DNA of 64,000 nt from the human T2T-CHM13v2.0 reference genome, Homo sapiens. The notes below the pieces were generated by a model that worked only from the letters and a program-made list of their open reading frames with translations, had not been told where the DNA came from and searched no databases. The translations under genes and the position numbers were made by a program. Shown in pieces: positions 1 to 22,042 of this stretch. Numbering within the stretch: position 1 is the stretch's first letter; every line of letters starts with the position of its first letter. The stretch lies in NCBI RefSeq assembly GCF_009914755.1, contig NC_060943.1; one strand, written 5' to 3'.

Positions 1-513
<513 letters not shown>

Positions 514-850
514 AGAAACTTGAAGATGAAACTAGGTAAGAGCGCTGCTTGGGTGAGTCCTGTGTGACCCATGGGAGAGCAGCTACCCTGTGTGGCTCCA
601 TGTTCTAATGCTGAAGACCCAGCATGAGACAGACGTTGTGCCAGTGCCCCCAGGGTTCAGGGTTCAGCAGTAACATGGAAATGGAGCCTCACAGTGTAAG
701 GGACTTGGAAGTATCACTAGGGCTTGAGGGAGCACAGAGGAGTCACCTGTCAGAGTGGAAGGGGGGCTAGAAAAGCTTCTTGGGGAGAAGGTGATCCCTG
801 AACGATGACATAAACCAACTGGAGTTTTCCAGGTAAAGAAGTGGCAAAGA

Positions 851-1231
<381 letters not shown>

Positions 1232-1344
1232 CTATTCTGGAGCATTTAAGACAGATTAGTATGGCTGGAGGTTGGGTTCTTGGGGGCTAAACCCTGAAGG
1301 GTCTTGAATTCCAAACTGTGGGGCTTGGGTGATTTTATAGGCTA

Positions 1345-1690
1345 GAGGCTGGAAACTGGCAGCTGCAAGGCCGAATATGACCACTAACACATTTTTGTTT
1401 AGTCTGTGCATTTTTTAAAAAGTTTGACTTGACTGCCAACATTGGGAAATCAAAAGATTTTACATAATGTGAACTAATGGAACTTCTGAAAGAAACTGGA
1501 AGATGTGGCAACCCAATCTGTGTTCCGGAGCTGAGCAGCCATTACCCTCTTCTGAAGAGGCACTCTCCAATTTGTTGAATACCAATTCTGAGACCTGGTG
1601 GCAATCGCCATTATTTCATGTTGCTGATATTTTCCCCTTGAACCTGGCCGTCTTGCTCGTGTATTTACATTTTCACCCAGCTCCTGTAGG
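1345..1690. mobile_element. probable old MER/hAT DNA-transposon fragment
   Basis: Resembles hAT-type MER internal sequence (ttgactgccaacatt...aagatgtggcaac); subfamily not determinable by eye. Confidence 0.35.
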
Positions 1691-1785
1691 CATTCACATT
1701 TCCAAATCGTCTCAAAGCCACAAGGAGCTGTGTCTTGGTGACAAGGATCTGCATGGATGCCATATGGAGAATGAAGAGGGCAGGT

Positions 1786-2065
1786 GGCCGGGTGCAGTGG
1801 CTCACGCCTGTAATCCCAACACTTTGGGAGGCCGAGGCGAGTAGATCACCTGAGGTAAGGAATTTGAGACCAGCCTGGCCAACATGATGAAACCCCATCT
1901 CTACTAAAAATACAAAAATGAACTGAGCGTGATGGCGCCCACCTGTAATCCTAGCTACTCAGGAGGCTGAGGCAGAAGTGCTTGAATCCAGGAGGCAGAG
2001 GTTGCAGTGAGCAGAGATTGTGCCATTGGACTCCAGCCTGGGCAACAAGAGCAAAACTCCATCTC

Positions 2066-2094
<29 letters not shown>
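1786..2094 (+). mobile_element. full-length Alu
   Basis: Dimeric Alu with long poly-A tail. Confidence 0.9.
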
Positions 2095-2096
<2 letters not shown>

Positions 2097-2681
2097 CAGG
2101 CACTGGACTGCTGTGCAGTTGTCTGTGTGTGAGACCACTGTTGGTCTACAAGTGTAGTGATGCCGAAAACACGTTCCAGTTCCAAAGATATTAACTGGCT
2201 CAACTGAGGGAAACTGATAAGGGACTGGACATAAGAATGAGGATGAAGAAGGTTTAAACCTGCCCAGGTATCCAGCTTGGGTGGTGGTGCCAATGACATC
2301 AGAAGCATGGAGGTTTCTTTGAGGAAAATGGAATGAGTTCTGTTCACATTGTGAGTTGCCTGTGAGTTATCTCATGGGGCCCACTGGGTGAACAGAAAGG
2401 TGTGCAAATCAGAGGCTCTCACTCAACAAGCATGCAAAGCACGTTGAGTGTGCTTTTGCCAAACTTCCCTGACCCCCCTCTCCTACAGCTGAACCACATA
2501 ACACGTAACCACAGTGGGGCCTACTCACCCCCCATTCTGATGATGGGGAAACAGAAGCTTGGAGGAAGAGATGATGCAACTGACTGCTGGTGGCAAAACC
2601 ATGGTGAGGCCCCTCCTCCCCCAACTCCCCAAAGCGGACAATCCGAATACAAGACCGACAGAGAAGCCCTTCAGAAGGTCC

Positions 2682-2687
2682 TTTAAT
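2682..2687 (-). terminator. ZNF784: probable polyadenylation signal (ATTAAA) of ZNF784
   Basis: tttaat on + = ATTAAA on -, about 1 kb downstream of the ZNF784 stop codon. Confidence 0.55.
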
Positions 2688-3675
2688 AGGAACAGAACTG
2701 AAGGTGTCACACCTCCAGCTCCCAAGTCCTCCTCTCGCCCCCACCACAGTGACTCTTTCACTCCACACCCAGGCCAGCCCACCATGCTGCCATCAGCCAG
2801 CCCGCCCTTGGGATTGGCGGGGACTAGGCAGTAAGCTGTTTGCTTCGAACTGGGAGTGGAGGAAATTAGAGAAACCTGAGGCTACCTTGAGGCTTGTGGG
2901 GGACCCTGGGCTCTGAGTCTAAAGCTTTAGGAGGGGGATGCTAGGTAGCTGCTTGCTTTATGTGTTCTCAGTTGCCTCCGAAGAAGAGTGGATGGGTTAA
3001 GGACGGACCACAATGGGGGTGGGGGTTGCCGCTGTTGGAGTCAAGATCCTATGGTCAGGCTTACATCCTTGAGGCTCAAGTGCTCTCAGCGGTGACTTGG
3101 GGACCCTCTGGCTTTGAGGTGATGGGATCCCAGAGTCTCTTCACAGATAACCTGGTGAGTGTCTTCTGCCAGAGGGTGGATAGGCATCCCAGGTCCAGTG
3201 CAATGCAGTGAGGTAGGCAGGAGACTCCATCCTGGTCCACCCGTGGAGGACCAGAGCAGAAGACTATGGTGGACCCCAATTCCCCCCTTCCATTCGATCC
3301 TGGCTCCTCCTCTGAAGTGCCCAGGCTCTGTCGTGACAGGCTGGGTCTTGCACAAGGACAAGCCAACCAAGAGACAGTCGGGGAAGTGACATCCAGCCCG
3401 TGGGCCTTGCCTTTGGCCGCACACCCGCAGAGCTGCAAGAGCTGCACCTGTCCTCTCCTAGGCCTGGCAGAGGTGCTGTGTGGGCGTGTGGGAGTCTGGA
3501 GCCTGGCCCTCTCCCTCTGCTCTCCATCACTAGCGGCTCACAACCATCCCTGCAGCTGTCATCTCTCCCCCAATCTCCCCTCTTCTGTCCCCTGCCTCCG
3601 TTTCCCCACCCCGTCCCCCTCCCCGGGTCGGCCTCGTACCTCCGCCTTAACTAACCCATGTCCCTGGTCTGCAGC

Positions 3676-4569
3676 CTACTGGTCGGCCTCCACCTTCACC
3701 TTCGCGGTCTCCCCCCGCCCCTCCTCCGCAGGGTCCCCTACCCCACACCCGCTCCCCGACCCCTCAGCCGCCGACGAGCCCAGCTGGCCTCCAGAGTCTC
3801 CCAGCCCCGGCCCCGGCCCGTGGAAGTGGGTGCGCTGGTGCTTGCGGAAGTTGGAGGAGTTGTTGAAGGTGCGGTCGCAGAGCGTGCAGCGGAACGGGCG
3901 CTCGCCAGTGTGGATGCGGGCGTGGCCGCTAAGCACCGAGGACTGGGTGAAGCCCTTGCCGCAGATGCCGCAATGGTATGGCCGCTCGCCAGTGTGCACG
4001 CGCTCGTGGTCTCGCATGTCTGAGGAGCGGCGGAAGGGCTTGGCGCAGAACCTGCAGGCAAAAGGCTTCCCCACCGCTGCGCCCGCCGCCGCCGCCGCCA
4101 TCACCACCTCCGCCCTCTCCGGGGCCACCCCGGGCCTCTGTTCTGCAACGGCCGCTGTGTCCGGAGGCCTCCGAGAGGTGCCCGGCTCCACCCCGTGCCG
4201 GTGCTGGTGCCGGAGCAGGGGCGCCAAGGCCTTGAAGGCGCGGGGGCAGAGCGCGCAGCGGTAGGGCCGCTCCCCCGTGTGCAAGCTGTAGTGCGCGCGC
4301 AGGCTGGCGGGGCCCGGGCAGCTGTGGCCGCACACGTGGCACCGGCTCGGGTCCCCACCCTGCCCGCCTCCCTCGGCCCCAGCCAAGTGGCCATGTTCGT
4401 GGAACAGCAGCTCGGAAACCAGCCGGAAGGCAGCAGGGCACAAGGCACAGTGGAAAGAACCTGGCTCCGGGGGCTCAGGGACCAGCGTGGTGTCCGTCAC
4501 CTTCACCACCTGGATCTCGATGAGGTCACTCGGGGGTGTGCCAGGCCGGCAGTCATCAGGCACCAGGAC
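3676..4569 (-). CDS. ZNF784: zinc finger protein 784, coding exon 2 (six C2H2 fingers)
   Basis: Acceptor cag|GTC at 4570/4569; VLVPDD...six C2H2 fingers with TGERP linkers...VKVEADQ*; with exon 1 gives 323 aa. Confidence 0.95.
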   Translation of the reverse strand, partial: VLVPDDCRPGTPPSDLIEIQVVKVTDTTLVPEPPEPGSFHCALCPAAFRLVSELLFHEHGHLAGAEGGGQGGDPSRCHVCGHSCPGPASLRAHYSLHTGERPYRCALCPRAFKALAPLLRHQHRHGVEPGTSRRPPDTAAVAEQRPGVAPERAEVVMAAAAAGAAVGKPFACRFCAKPFRRSSDMRDHERVHTGERPYHCGICGKGFTQSSVLSGHARIHTGERPFRCTLCDRTFNNSSNFRKHQRTHFHGPGPGLGDSGGQLGSSAAEGSGSGCGVGDPAEEGRGETAKVKVEADQ

Positions 4570-4654
4570 CTGGGCAAGAGGAGAAGAAAGAGGAGCCTGT
4601 GGAACCTGCCTCAGGACCGCCCCAGCACGCCCCAATTATTAAAGCTTGGGCTCC

Positions 4655-5258
<604 letters not shown>

Positions 5259-6408
5259 CATCCTCCAGGATTCTGTTGTATCCTCATCAACATTTCCTCT
5301 CCTGTCCAAAATATATCATGGATCCCACCTTTTGTCCTCCACCCTAGTTAAAGCCCCATCACTTGGCGCCTCCAAAATTGAAAAACCCAAGGGCATCTCT
5401 GTTCCTATTTCTGCTGGCTTGTAACCCACCTCCCAGGAATAGCCTGAAGGTCTTTTGAAAATGTAAATCAGATCAAGTCATTTTTCGCACTCAAAACCCT
5501 CCAGTGGCTCCAAATGACTTATCCCAAATCGTCACTATAATATCTGTGGCGATGTAGCTCCACTTATCTCTCTGACCCCAGCTTAAACATAAGCCGGCAC
5601 CCAGCTGACTTCTCTCGTCTAAATTTAGCTGCCCCACCCCTACTCTTGGCTCAATTTATAGAAATTGGCTCAATTTTTATTTCCTTTATAGAACATATCA
5701 CAGTAACTCTCCTTTATTGTCTCTCTCCTCTCAAGAGACTGCAGGCTCCAAAAGAACACAACCCTTGTCTGTCTTGGTCACTTCTCTATTTACAGAGCCG
5801 AAGTAGGAGCTCAGTAAATGTTTGTTGAATGAATGAATGTCCTCAATTAGTCTAATTCTGAGTGGGGTAACGTGGAGGAAGTTCCAAAGTCACCTAGACC
5901 ACCCACTTCTACCCCCAAATTCTCCCTTGGGCATTCGAGAAGCATCACTAAGACCCTTGAAGAATTATCCCCTACCCCGACATAGGTGCTCCAATCATAA
6001 TCCCCCACGTTTTTCAGGGTCACCTTCCCAACCTTCTACCCTAGAATTAGCCCTAGAATTTATGAGGCCCCGCCCCTTACAAGGCTCCACCCAAATTATG
6101 CAAATTATCCCTGGTAAGCCCCCTTCCCTGGACCCAAACCCGTCCCACAAGACAACACCGTCCTCAGACTCCGCCCCCATCCAGGCCCCGCCCACCACCC
6201 ATAGGTCCCTCCCCCACCCCGCCCACCATGACATAGTCTCCTCCCCTGCCCCGCCCCTCGCGAAACCACAAGAAGCCCCACCCCCAGGGCCATAGCACTA
6301 AATACCTCCCTCGCCCACCCCCTCATAGGCCACGCCCCGGACCCGCCCCCCACACTACGACCTCCTCCCACCTCGAGCCCCACGCCCAGGCCCCTTCCTT
6401 GCCCGCAC

Positions 6409-6486
6409 CAGGTCCAGTGGCTCCTGGGATCGCGACTCCGGAGTCGGTGAGCTCCGACTCTGGGCCTCTGGGCGCGCAGCGGCCAT
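6409..6486 (-). CDS. ZNF784: zinc finger protein 784, coding exon 1
   Basis: caagATGGCC start; MAAARPEAQSRSSPTPESRSQEPLDL; donor CTG|gtgcgg at 6408; phase-0 join to exon 2. Confidence 0.92.
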
Positions 6487-6650
6487 CTTGTGCCCAAGCC
6501 CCGCCCCCAAGGCCAATGTTCGCTCTGAAAGGGGGTGGGGCTCGAACTGGCGTAAGAGCTACTGCGCAGGCGCAGTGCGGGGCTGCGAGGGGGCGTGGTG
6601 CAGCAGGGGGCGTGGCGGGGCGGGGCGTGGCGGCTGAGCCCGGGAGAATG
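6478..6650 (-). promoter_or_regulatory. ZNF784: ZNF784 CpG-rich promoter
   Basis: YY1-like CAAGATGGCCGC over the ATG, GC boxes, CCAAT (~6513), NRF1 site tgcgcaggcgca (6563-6574). Confidence 0.8.
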
Positions 6651-6717
6651 TGAGTTGTTCCCTCTCTAATTACCTGTCTGTCCCTCCGAGGGTACGCTCT
6701 GTGTGGCGCTAGGATGC

Positions 6718-6884
6718 CTGTAACACCCTGGGAACAAATCCGAACGTTCCTTCTAAACCAACGCAGGCCGACTCGAGGCTCTGGCTGTCAGGGGAACCTC
6801 AGCAGAACTGAAGAAGCTTTGCTTTGTTTCCACGGTAAACGTTTTTGTGATTACCTCTGCACTGCTCATGACAACGTAATGACG
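6718..6884 (+). repeat. unique-sequence inverted repeat, arm 1 (partner 8442-8610)
   Basis: Reverse complement of 8442-8610: 65 bp identical, then ~100 bp at about 85% identity. Confidence 0.95.
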
Positions 6885-6907
6885 CCAAGTTTATAAACGT
6901 CGGTGTA

Positions 6908-7065
6908 GGCCGGGTGCGGTGGCTCATGCCTGTATTCTCAGCTACTCGGGAGGCTGAGGTGGGAGGATCGCTTGAGGCCGGGAGGTCGAGGCTGCAGTGA
7001 GCCATGATCTCGCCACTGCATGCAGCCTGAGTGACAGAGACTCTGTCAAAAAAAAAAAAAAAAAA
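6908..7065 (+). mobile_element. Alu monomer (FRAM-like)
   Basis: Single Alu arm with poly-A tail. Confidence 0.8.
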
Positions 7066-7519
7066 GGCAGTGTGGAGAAAAATATTCAGTAAACAGCAAC
7101 ACAGGTGGTCCTGGGAGGACGCAAAAACCCGCAAGCTGATGTTATGTTTGGGAGGAAAGAGCTCAAAAACGCGGGGTTTTCAGCAGCATCAAGGACGGGG
7201 CTCTTCTTAGCTGCCCCGTTTAGTCATTCTGGTGGTATCACCTTGGATAAGTCACTACACTTCTCTGGACCATTTCTCTTTCTTTTGTGTAGCACTGTAG
7301 AAGCATTGTGACAAACCACTGAGAAGAGACATGGAAGAGTTTGGAAACATCTTTAAATAGTTTTCTTGAAAGGGCAGGATAGGAGATACTTAAACATGAT
7401 CCTAAGCATGATCATTTCATTCATAAATATATATGAAATTATATTTTGTGATATGTTGGTATAAAATAAAGATAAACACCACTTAGGCTGAATTATCTCC
7501 TCCTCCTCCTTTCTTCTTC

Positions 7520-8022
<503 letters not shown>

Positions 8023-8294
8023 TTAAGTCAGCTCTTTCTGTCCAGGTTTCCTAATTTGCAAAATGAGGGTGATAATAAAACCTACTTTACACAGTTGCTA
8101 TGATGATTAAAGAAGTCATTATATATAAAGTATTTTGGACAATGTATGGCACACAGCAGGTGCTATGAGTTAGCTATAATAATTACTACCATTTGGCACT
8201 CCCACTAGCAATAAATAGGGACCTTTGTTGCTTAACATTCCTATCAATATCTGATACTCAAACTTTAAAATGTTCGCTAATCTCTTGGGTGTGA

Positions 8295-8778
<484 letters not shown>

Positions 8779-9084
8779 ATTTCTTATTGAGAAGCTCTTT
8801 ATTAAAAGAGATCATTCATAGCACCCAGAACTCATCCTCCAGTTTCCCTTTTTTGAGAGCTGGAAGTATGTCATCTCTGTATCCCCTCTGTACATCCCTA
8901 TAGAGAAGGCATGTATATGGCTCAGTGAGTGTTTGGTGAATGAATGAGTGAGAAATTGAATTCATGCAGATAGAAGAACTTTGTACCAGAGCTTAAGGCT
9001 ATTGAGTATTTTTTCCCTTTTTTTTCCTCCCCACCCCCACTAAAGCTATTAAATATTTGCAGAGGAGAGCACTGTTTAGTGGAA

Positions 9085-9976
<892 letters not shown>

Positions 9977-10039
9977 TTAAAAGAAATTGGCTGATAGAAT
10001 TAGCTAGATGGCTCTGCAGTTCCTCTCCCTTTCATTTTT

Positions 10040-11100
<1,061 letters not shown>

Positions 11101-11104
11101 AATT

Positions 11105-11799
<695 letters not shown>

Positions 11800-11869
11800 T
11801 TAAAAAAATAATCGGCTGAACATGATGACCTTTCAGGATCAAACTGCAGATGATATTTAAAAACTATAA

Positions 11870-13495
<1,626 letters not shown>

Positions 13496-13796
13496 TCGCC
13501 ATAATTTCATTCAACCTCTCTGGTCCTCAGTTTCCTTATCTGTGAAATGTTACTGCTGAATTTGAGAAACCAAAGGGCCTTCTTCCAAATTCTAGTCGTG
13601 AGTTACGTAAGGTTCCTTAGTGAGGCTGAACGAGTCTTTGAACTTGAGCTTCTGCAGGCTAGAGGAAACACAGTAGTCCCTACCTGCTTCTTCCAGGTTC
13701 TAAGGTGGGTGAGACATTTTGATATTTTGGTCTTTGTCGCCCCCACGAGGCCTAGGAGGGTTCCCTGTCGCAGCAGGTGTCCAATAAAGATCAATC

Positions 13797-14082
13797 CGCC
13801 AGGTGCGGTGGCTCAGGCCTGTAATCCCAGCACTATGGGAGGCCGAAGCGGGCGGATCACCTGAGGTCAGGAGTTCCAGACCAGCCTGATCAACATGGAG
13901 AAACCCCGTCTTTACTAAAAATACAAATTAGCCCGGAGTGGTGGCACATGCCTGTAATCCCAGCTACTCGGGAGGCTGAGGCAGGAGAATTGCTTGAGCG
14001 CGGGAGGCGGAGGTCGCGGTGAGCAGCGCTGAGATCTCGCCATTGCACTCCAGCCTGGGCAACGAGAACGAAACTCCTTCTC

Positions 14083-14110
<28 letters not shown>
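13797..14110 (+). mobile_element. full-length Alu
   Basis: Dimeric Alu with poly-A tail. Confidence 0.9.
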
Positions 14111-14113
<3 letters not shown>

Positions 14114-14468
14114 GAGAAAGATTTACTTGCCACCTAGGGTAACTGCTGGTCTTCTTTCCCCCGTTAGTCTCGCTCAGGAGGCGGGTAATCTATTTTAACT
14201 CTGCACCTGCTGGACTTTGTGAATGGGCAGTTTACTCTCTGGTCTCAGCAGCCCCATCGATAAAATGGGAATAACTTGTCTCCTTGTCAACAGCCAGATG
14301 GTGGTGATTTGCCAAATCTAAGACATCTATTTTCTTGCCTTGTTCTTCTTTATTTTTTCCTCTCAGTTTTAAAACTGGATAGTCCCAGGACTTCTCCCAA
14401 ACCAGGATGAGTTGCTCACCTATTTTGTCCTCACTTGTATCCTTAAGTCCAAACTGTCATTACCTTAT

Positions 14469-14487
14469 TGACCACCAGGGGGTGCCC
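14469..14487 (+). promoter_or_regulatory. CTCF-like motif
   Basis: TGACCACCAGGGGGTGCCC, close to the consensus TGGCCACCAGGGGGCGCTA. Confidence 0.6.
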
Positions 14488-14819
14488 TACACACGTAGTA
14501 CTGTGGTTTAAGAAGACAGCTCAGGAGGAGGCAAAGAAAGAGGGCCCAGTTCCCAGCCTTGCCCTGAGTTCCTACAAACCTTCACGAGCCTGCTCTACTT
14601 CACACAGCATCATGTCTCACACTCAGCATCCTCCTGGCCCTATGATATGAACATGTGTGTGGTCCAGTGGAAAGGTCTTTTAAGTACTCCAGCAGCCTCT
14701 GCCAACACTGGCTAACCAGCTGGGTGGACGGTCACTGCCTCTCTGCCCACTGTTCCCAACATTTCCAGGAGTTGGCCCAGCATATCCTGGCTGGCTGAGA
14801 AGGCTGAGGCCACCTACTT

Positions 14820-15122
<303 letters not shown>

Positions 15123-15193
15123 CTTTAGGTTATCTTTAGAGCTGGATATCATTTCCCTCCATCACATAGCCTTGCAGAGGGAAGTGACATCAT

Positions 15194-16087
<894 letters not shown>

Positions 16088-16358
16088 TCCTACTAGCCAG
16101 CTTTGACTAGCAGTGTGATCCAGGGCCAATGACTGCCCCTCTATGGCCTTGGCGTTACCACCTAACCAATAGGGATACGGTACTCCATTTTCTTGCCATG
16201 GAGCAAATCAAGAGTTAGGGCCTGACTGTCTTCAACTGTCTCATGAGTTGAAGAATTTCAGCCCTCTGCCTTTGCTCTGTAGCAACAGACAAATCACTAG
16301 ACCTTTCTGATTTCAGGTCCTATTTGTAGAAAGACTTTGTACTGTCTTTCCTACTCTA

Positions 16359-16685
<327 letters not shown>

Positions 16686-16799
16686 AGTCCTTTTTTTTTT
16701 TTTTGACAAAAGCCATCTCTGTTGTATTCCCTCCCTCAGCATCCGGCACGGCGCCAAATAGTGATTTCATTTTAACTTTTGTGTAGTGTGTGTGTGGAG

Positions 16800-17031
16800 T
16801 AGCAAGGTGCGCGACGCAGGAACCTTTCTCTTGTGGGTGCGTTTCTGGCCCGAGTGCTTTCCTGCTGCTCTCCGAATCCGGAAGCTGCTGGAGAAGTCGG
16901 AGCATCCCGGAAGTCGTCACTGCGGCCGCTTCCGGACGTGAAAGTTTGCTGCGTAGGGATAGGGAGACCGGGCCGGATTGCGGGGAGTGAGCAGGTTCAG
17001 CAGTGACGGCATTCTTAAGAGTCCTGCCCAA
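16800..17031 (+). promoter_or_regulatory. CpG/ETS-rich promoter and probable non-coding first exon upstream of the ZNF580/581 cluster
   Basis: CCGGAAG at ~16877 and ~16907, CTTCCGG at ~16929, local CpG enrichment, donor-like CAA|GTGAGG after 17031. Confidence 0.65.
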
Positions 17032-18934
17032 GTGAGGGACTTGGGGTGTGGGACAGAGTGGCCCCCAGGGCAGTGGGCGTTGGAAACTGAGAGGCCCTGC
17101 GAAGGAGGCTTGGGGAGGGGCTACGGTGACCAGGGGACGAGGTATAGGAAGAGGAGGGCGGAAAGCCTTGAGGGTGGGCTTCTTGGATCCCAATTGCCCC
17201 AGAGGCACAGGCCTGGGCATCACTGTATTATTTCCCGAGGGGAGAAGGGGCTATTTCCCATGGGAAGACAAAGTGGGATGAATAGTGGACCTTGAGAAGA
17301 GGGGGTGGCCAGGAAAAGGTTCCTGAAGGAGGCAGGACCCAGACTGCAGGCTGGGGAGGGTTTGGGCAGCCAGAGGGAGGTGAGGGTGCTGGAGCGGGGG
17401 TCAATCGGTCACTCCGGCCGGAGATCTGAGTGGCCTCTGCCCCCTCTGCGCTGTGGAGTGCATCTGATTGCCAGCCTCGCTGGACCGTTGAGAGGATTCA
17501 TCGAGACCCTGGATATGAATATGCAGTGTGAACTGAAGTTTGGGGACATGAGTAATCAGTCACAGTGGCCCAAGATTTGAGGTGTAAATGGAGAAGTCAG
17601 AATGATTCGCTGCAGCTGTCTGGAACAGGTTGGGTGAGGGCAAGGGTGGGAAAGGTGGCTGAGGCCAGGTTGTGAGAGGCCTTTCATGGCAGGCTGAGGG
17701 GGTTATACTATAGGGAGGATTTTAAAAAGAGGAGCTGGTGGACTGGTGAGCAGGGCATATAGGTGACACCTAGCCAACTTGAGAGGTCAGAATACATGAT
17801 TCCAGAAGGCTAAGGAGAAGGCTGCCAGTAGAGGAAAGGGGAAGAATTCCCAGGGCGAGGAAAACACATAAGCCTTTGCGTGTGGAGCTGTGTAAATTCA
17901 AGGTCTGGCCAGGGGGCTGTGAGATGCCGTGTGTGCTTGGAGCACAGGAATGAGAAGTGAGGTGAGGAAGTGGCTGGGCCACCTCACAAAGGGCCTCAAA
18001 TTCTAGGCTGAGAAACTCGGACTTGGTCCTGAGGGTAAAGGGGGCCGGGAGAATGTTATGCATGGTGCTGAAGTTGCATTCAACACAGCTGTGAGAAGCA
18101 TCTGTCAGGGTCAGGCCAGTGTGGGAGGGGAACTGGAGGCCAGGGTACCAGATATGGTGGTCCAGGTGAGAAGGAAGGGGCCAGAACTTGGCTTGGAGAA
18201 CGGAGGTCAGTGCCCTCAGGGGGTGGAGGTGATGGAACTTGGTGCTTGTCTGGCTTTGGGGAGTGAGGGAGTGGGTGGAAATGGGGACGTCCAAAGTTCT
18301 AGATGGTGTGGCAAGAATTTTGTCTAGATGGTGTGGCTTCCTCATGATCATGTCTTGGGGTTGAGCAGGGGTTCTCTTTGGTGGGGAGCTGGGTAGGGAG
18401 GTAATGCTTCACTTTTGGATGGGGCGATCAAATTCATTCATGTATTCATTCAACCAATATCGAATTGATTCCTTACCCTTTCCTGAAAGACCTTTGATAG
18501 ATTCTGAGGGTAGAATGTTGACCAGGATGGAGCTGGGCCTTGGAGAGTGGGGAAGGCAGGCAGTAACACAGCAGGCAGTAGATCAACGAGGCCATATCAT
18601 GGATTGTGCTGTGGGATGTGAAGGAAATGAACAGACGGAGGACGCAGAGCAGGGCACCTCGAGCTACCACGGTCACTAAAAGCTGCTATGACCAAGTGTT
18701 CTGTGAGCTGAAACCTGAAGGCCAGGAAGGAGTCACTCTTGTGAGGGGCTGAAAGGAACATCACAGAGAGGGGAGGAGCTAGCACAAAAGCTCTCCAGAT
18801 GGGAGAGGCTGGTGCACTGGGCAAGGGAAAGCCAGCACCATGGTGCCCAGAAGGGAAGGCAGCTGGGGGGCCAGTCTACGCAGGGCCTTGCAGAGTGTCT
18901 GGGTTTACTCTAAGGGCAGAGGGGAAGGTTTTGA

Positions 18935-19520
<586 letters not shown>

Positions 19521-19922
19521 CTATAAGCTGGGCGTAAGTGGTGGTGGTTTGCGCTGGGGTGGCAGCGGCGATGGTGGGATTACAGGGAAGTGTGTGGCTT
19601 GCTGACAGGGGTCATGTGCACTGACCCGGTGTGGGCAGAGGCAGGTGCTATCCTGGCCATCCCGCCTGCGGATGTGTGACCTCAGGCCAATCACACGATC
19701 TCTTTGAGCTCTGCTTCCCTCATCTGTAAAACAGGGATCCTCATGGTGCTTTCCTTGTAGCTCTGCCCTGAGGATGCTGTGCGTTTAGCAATGGCTGTTC
19801 CCGAGTGAGGGCTCAATAAATGTTGCTTATTGTTGTCATTATTTCTGGGGATAGCAGTGGGGGTGGGGGTTGTGGCCACTACAGTGCCACTAGTTATATG
19901 GTCTGAAACTCAAGAGAGGGAT

Positions 19923-20985
<1,063 letters not shown>

Positions 20986-21029
20986 GGGATCTTGGCAAGA
21001 CACTCAGGTTGGATAATTGTCCAAGTAGA

Positions 21030-21225
21030 CCAGGGGTTCTCAGCTAGGAGCCATGTTGCCTCCTAGAGGACACGGGCAATGTGTAGAGACATTTTGGGTT
21101 GTCACAACTTGGGGTTGGGGGAGGGTGCTACTGCCATCTGGTGGGTGGAGGCCAAGGATGCTGCTCAACACTCTACAGTGCACAGGATGGGCCCCCACAA
21201 CAAAGAGTGGTCCGGCTCAAAATGT
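21030..21225. mobile_element. MER20 DNA transposon, followed by an Alu half (21225-21370)
   Basis: caggggttctca...gagacattttgggttgtcacaact...gaggccaaggatgctgct...acagtgcacagga. Confidence 0.75.
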
Positions 21226-21547
21226 GTGGTGGCCCACGCCTGTAGTCCCAGCTGTTTGGGAGACTGAAGTGGAAGGATCACTTGTGCCTGGGAGGGTGAG
21301 GCTGCAGTGAGCCAGAAGCATGCCACTGCACTCCAGCGTGGGCGACAGAGTGAGACTCTGTCTCAAAAAATATACATACTGCCCAGTAAAATGTTTAAAA
21401 AGTACCTTGTGTCCCAAACCAAATATAACTGTGAGGCCTTTTGGGCCCTTGGGCCTCCAGTTTACAACTGGTTGACAGTGGTCTCTGGAATTGTTCCATA
21501 AGGTAGGAGCCATATGTGGCTTAAATTTTGATTATGGGAAATTAGTA

Positions 21548-21852
<305 letters not shown>

Positions 21853-22042
21853 TAAAATTCAGGTCCTCTGATACACCAGCCACATTTCAAGAGTGTAAGA
21901 GTCCCACGTGGCTAGTGACTGTCATAGAACTTTCCACCATTGCAGAAAGTTCTGATGGACAGTGCTCTAGGATGTAGCTGTGGCACCCCAGGGTCTTGGG
22001 GCTCGCTGTGACAGTTACTCCTCTTCTGTCCCCCACTCTCAG

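Noticed and set aside
4075-4100. (GCC)n poly-Ala tract in ZNF784
   Set aside because: Only about five repeats; unremarkable.
4570-4635. ORF-track N-terminus for ZNF784 (MGRAGAVL...)
   Set aside because: Non-ATG start in intronic sequence; the real start is in exon 1 at 6486, spliced to 4569.
13602-13611. PAR-bZIP/NFIL3-like palindrome GTTACGTAA
   Set aside because: A single short motif between Alus with no supporting context; could arise by chance.
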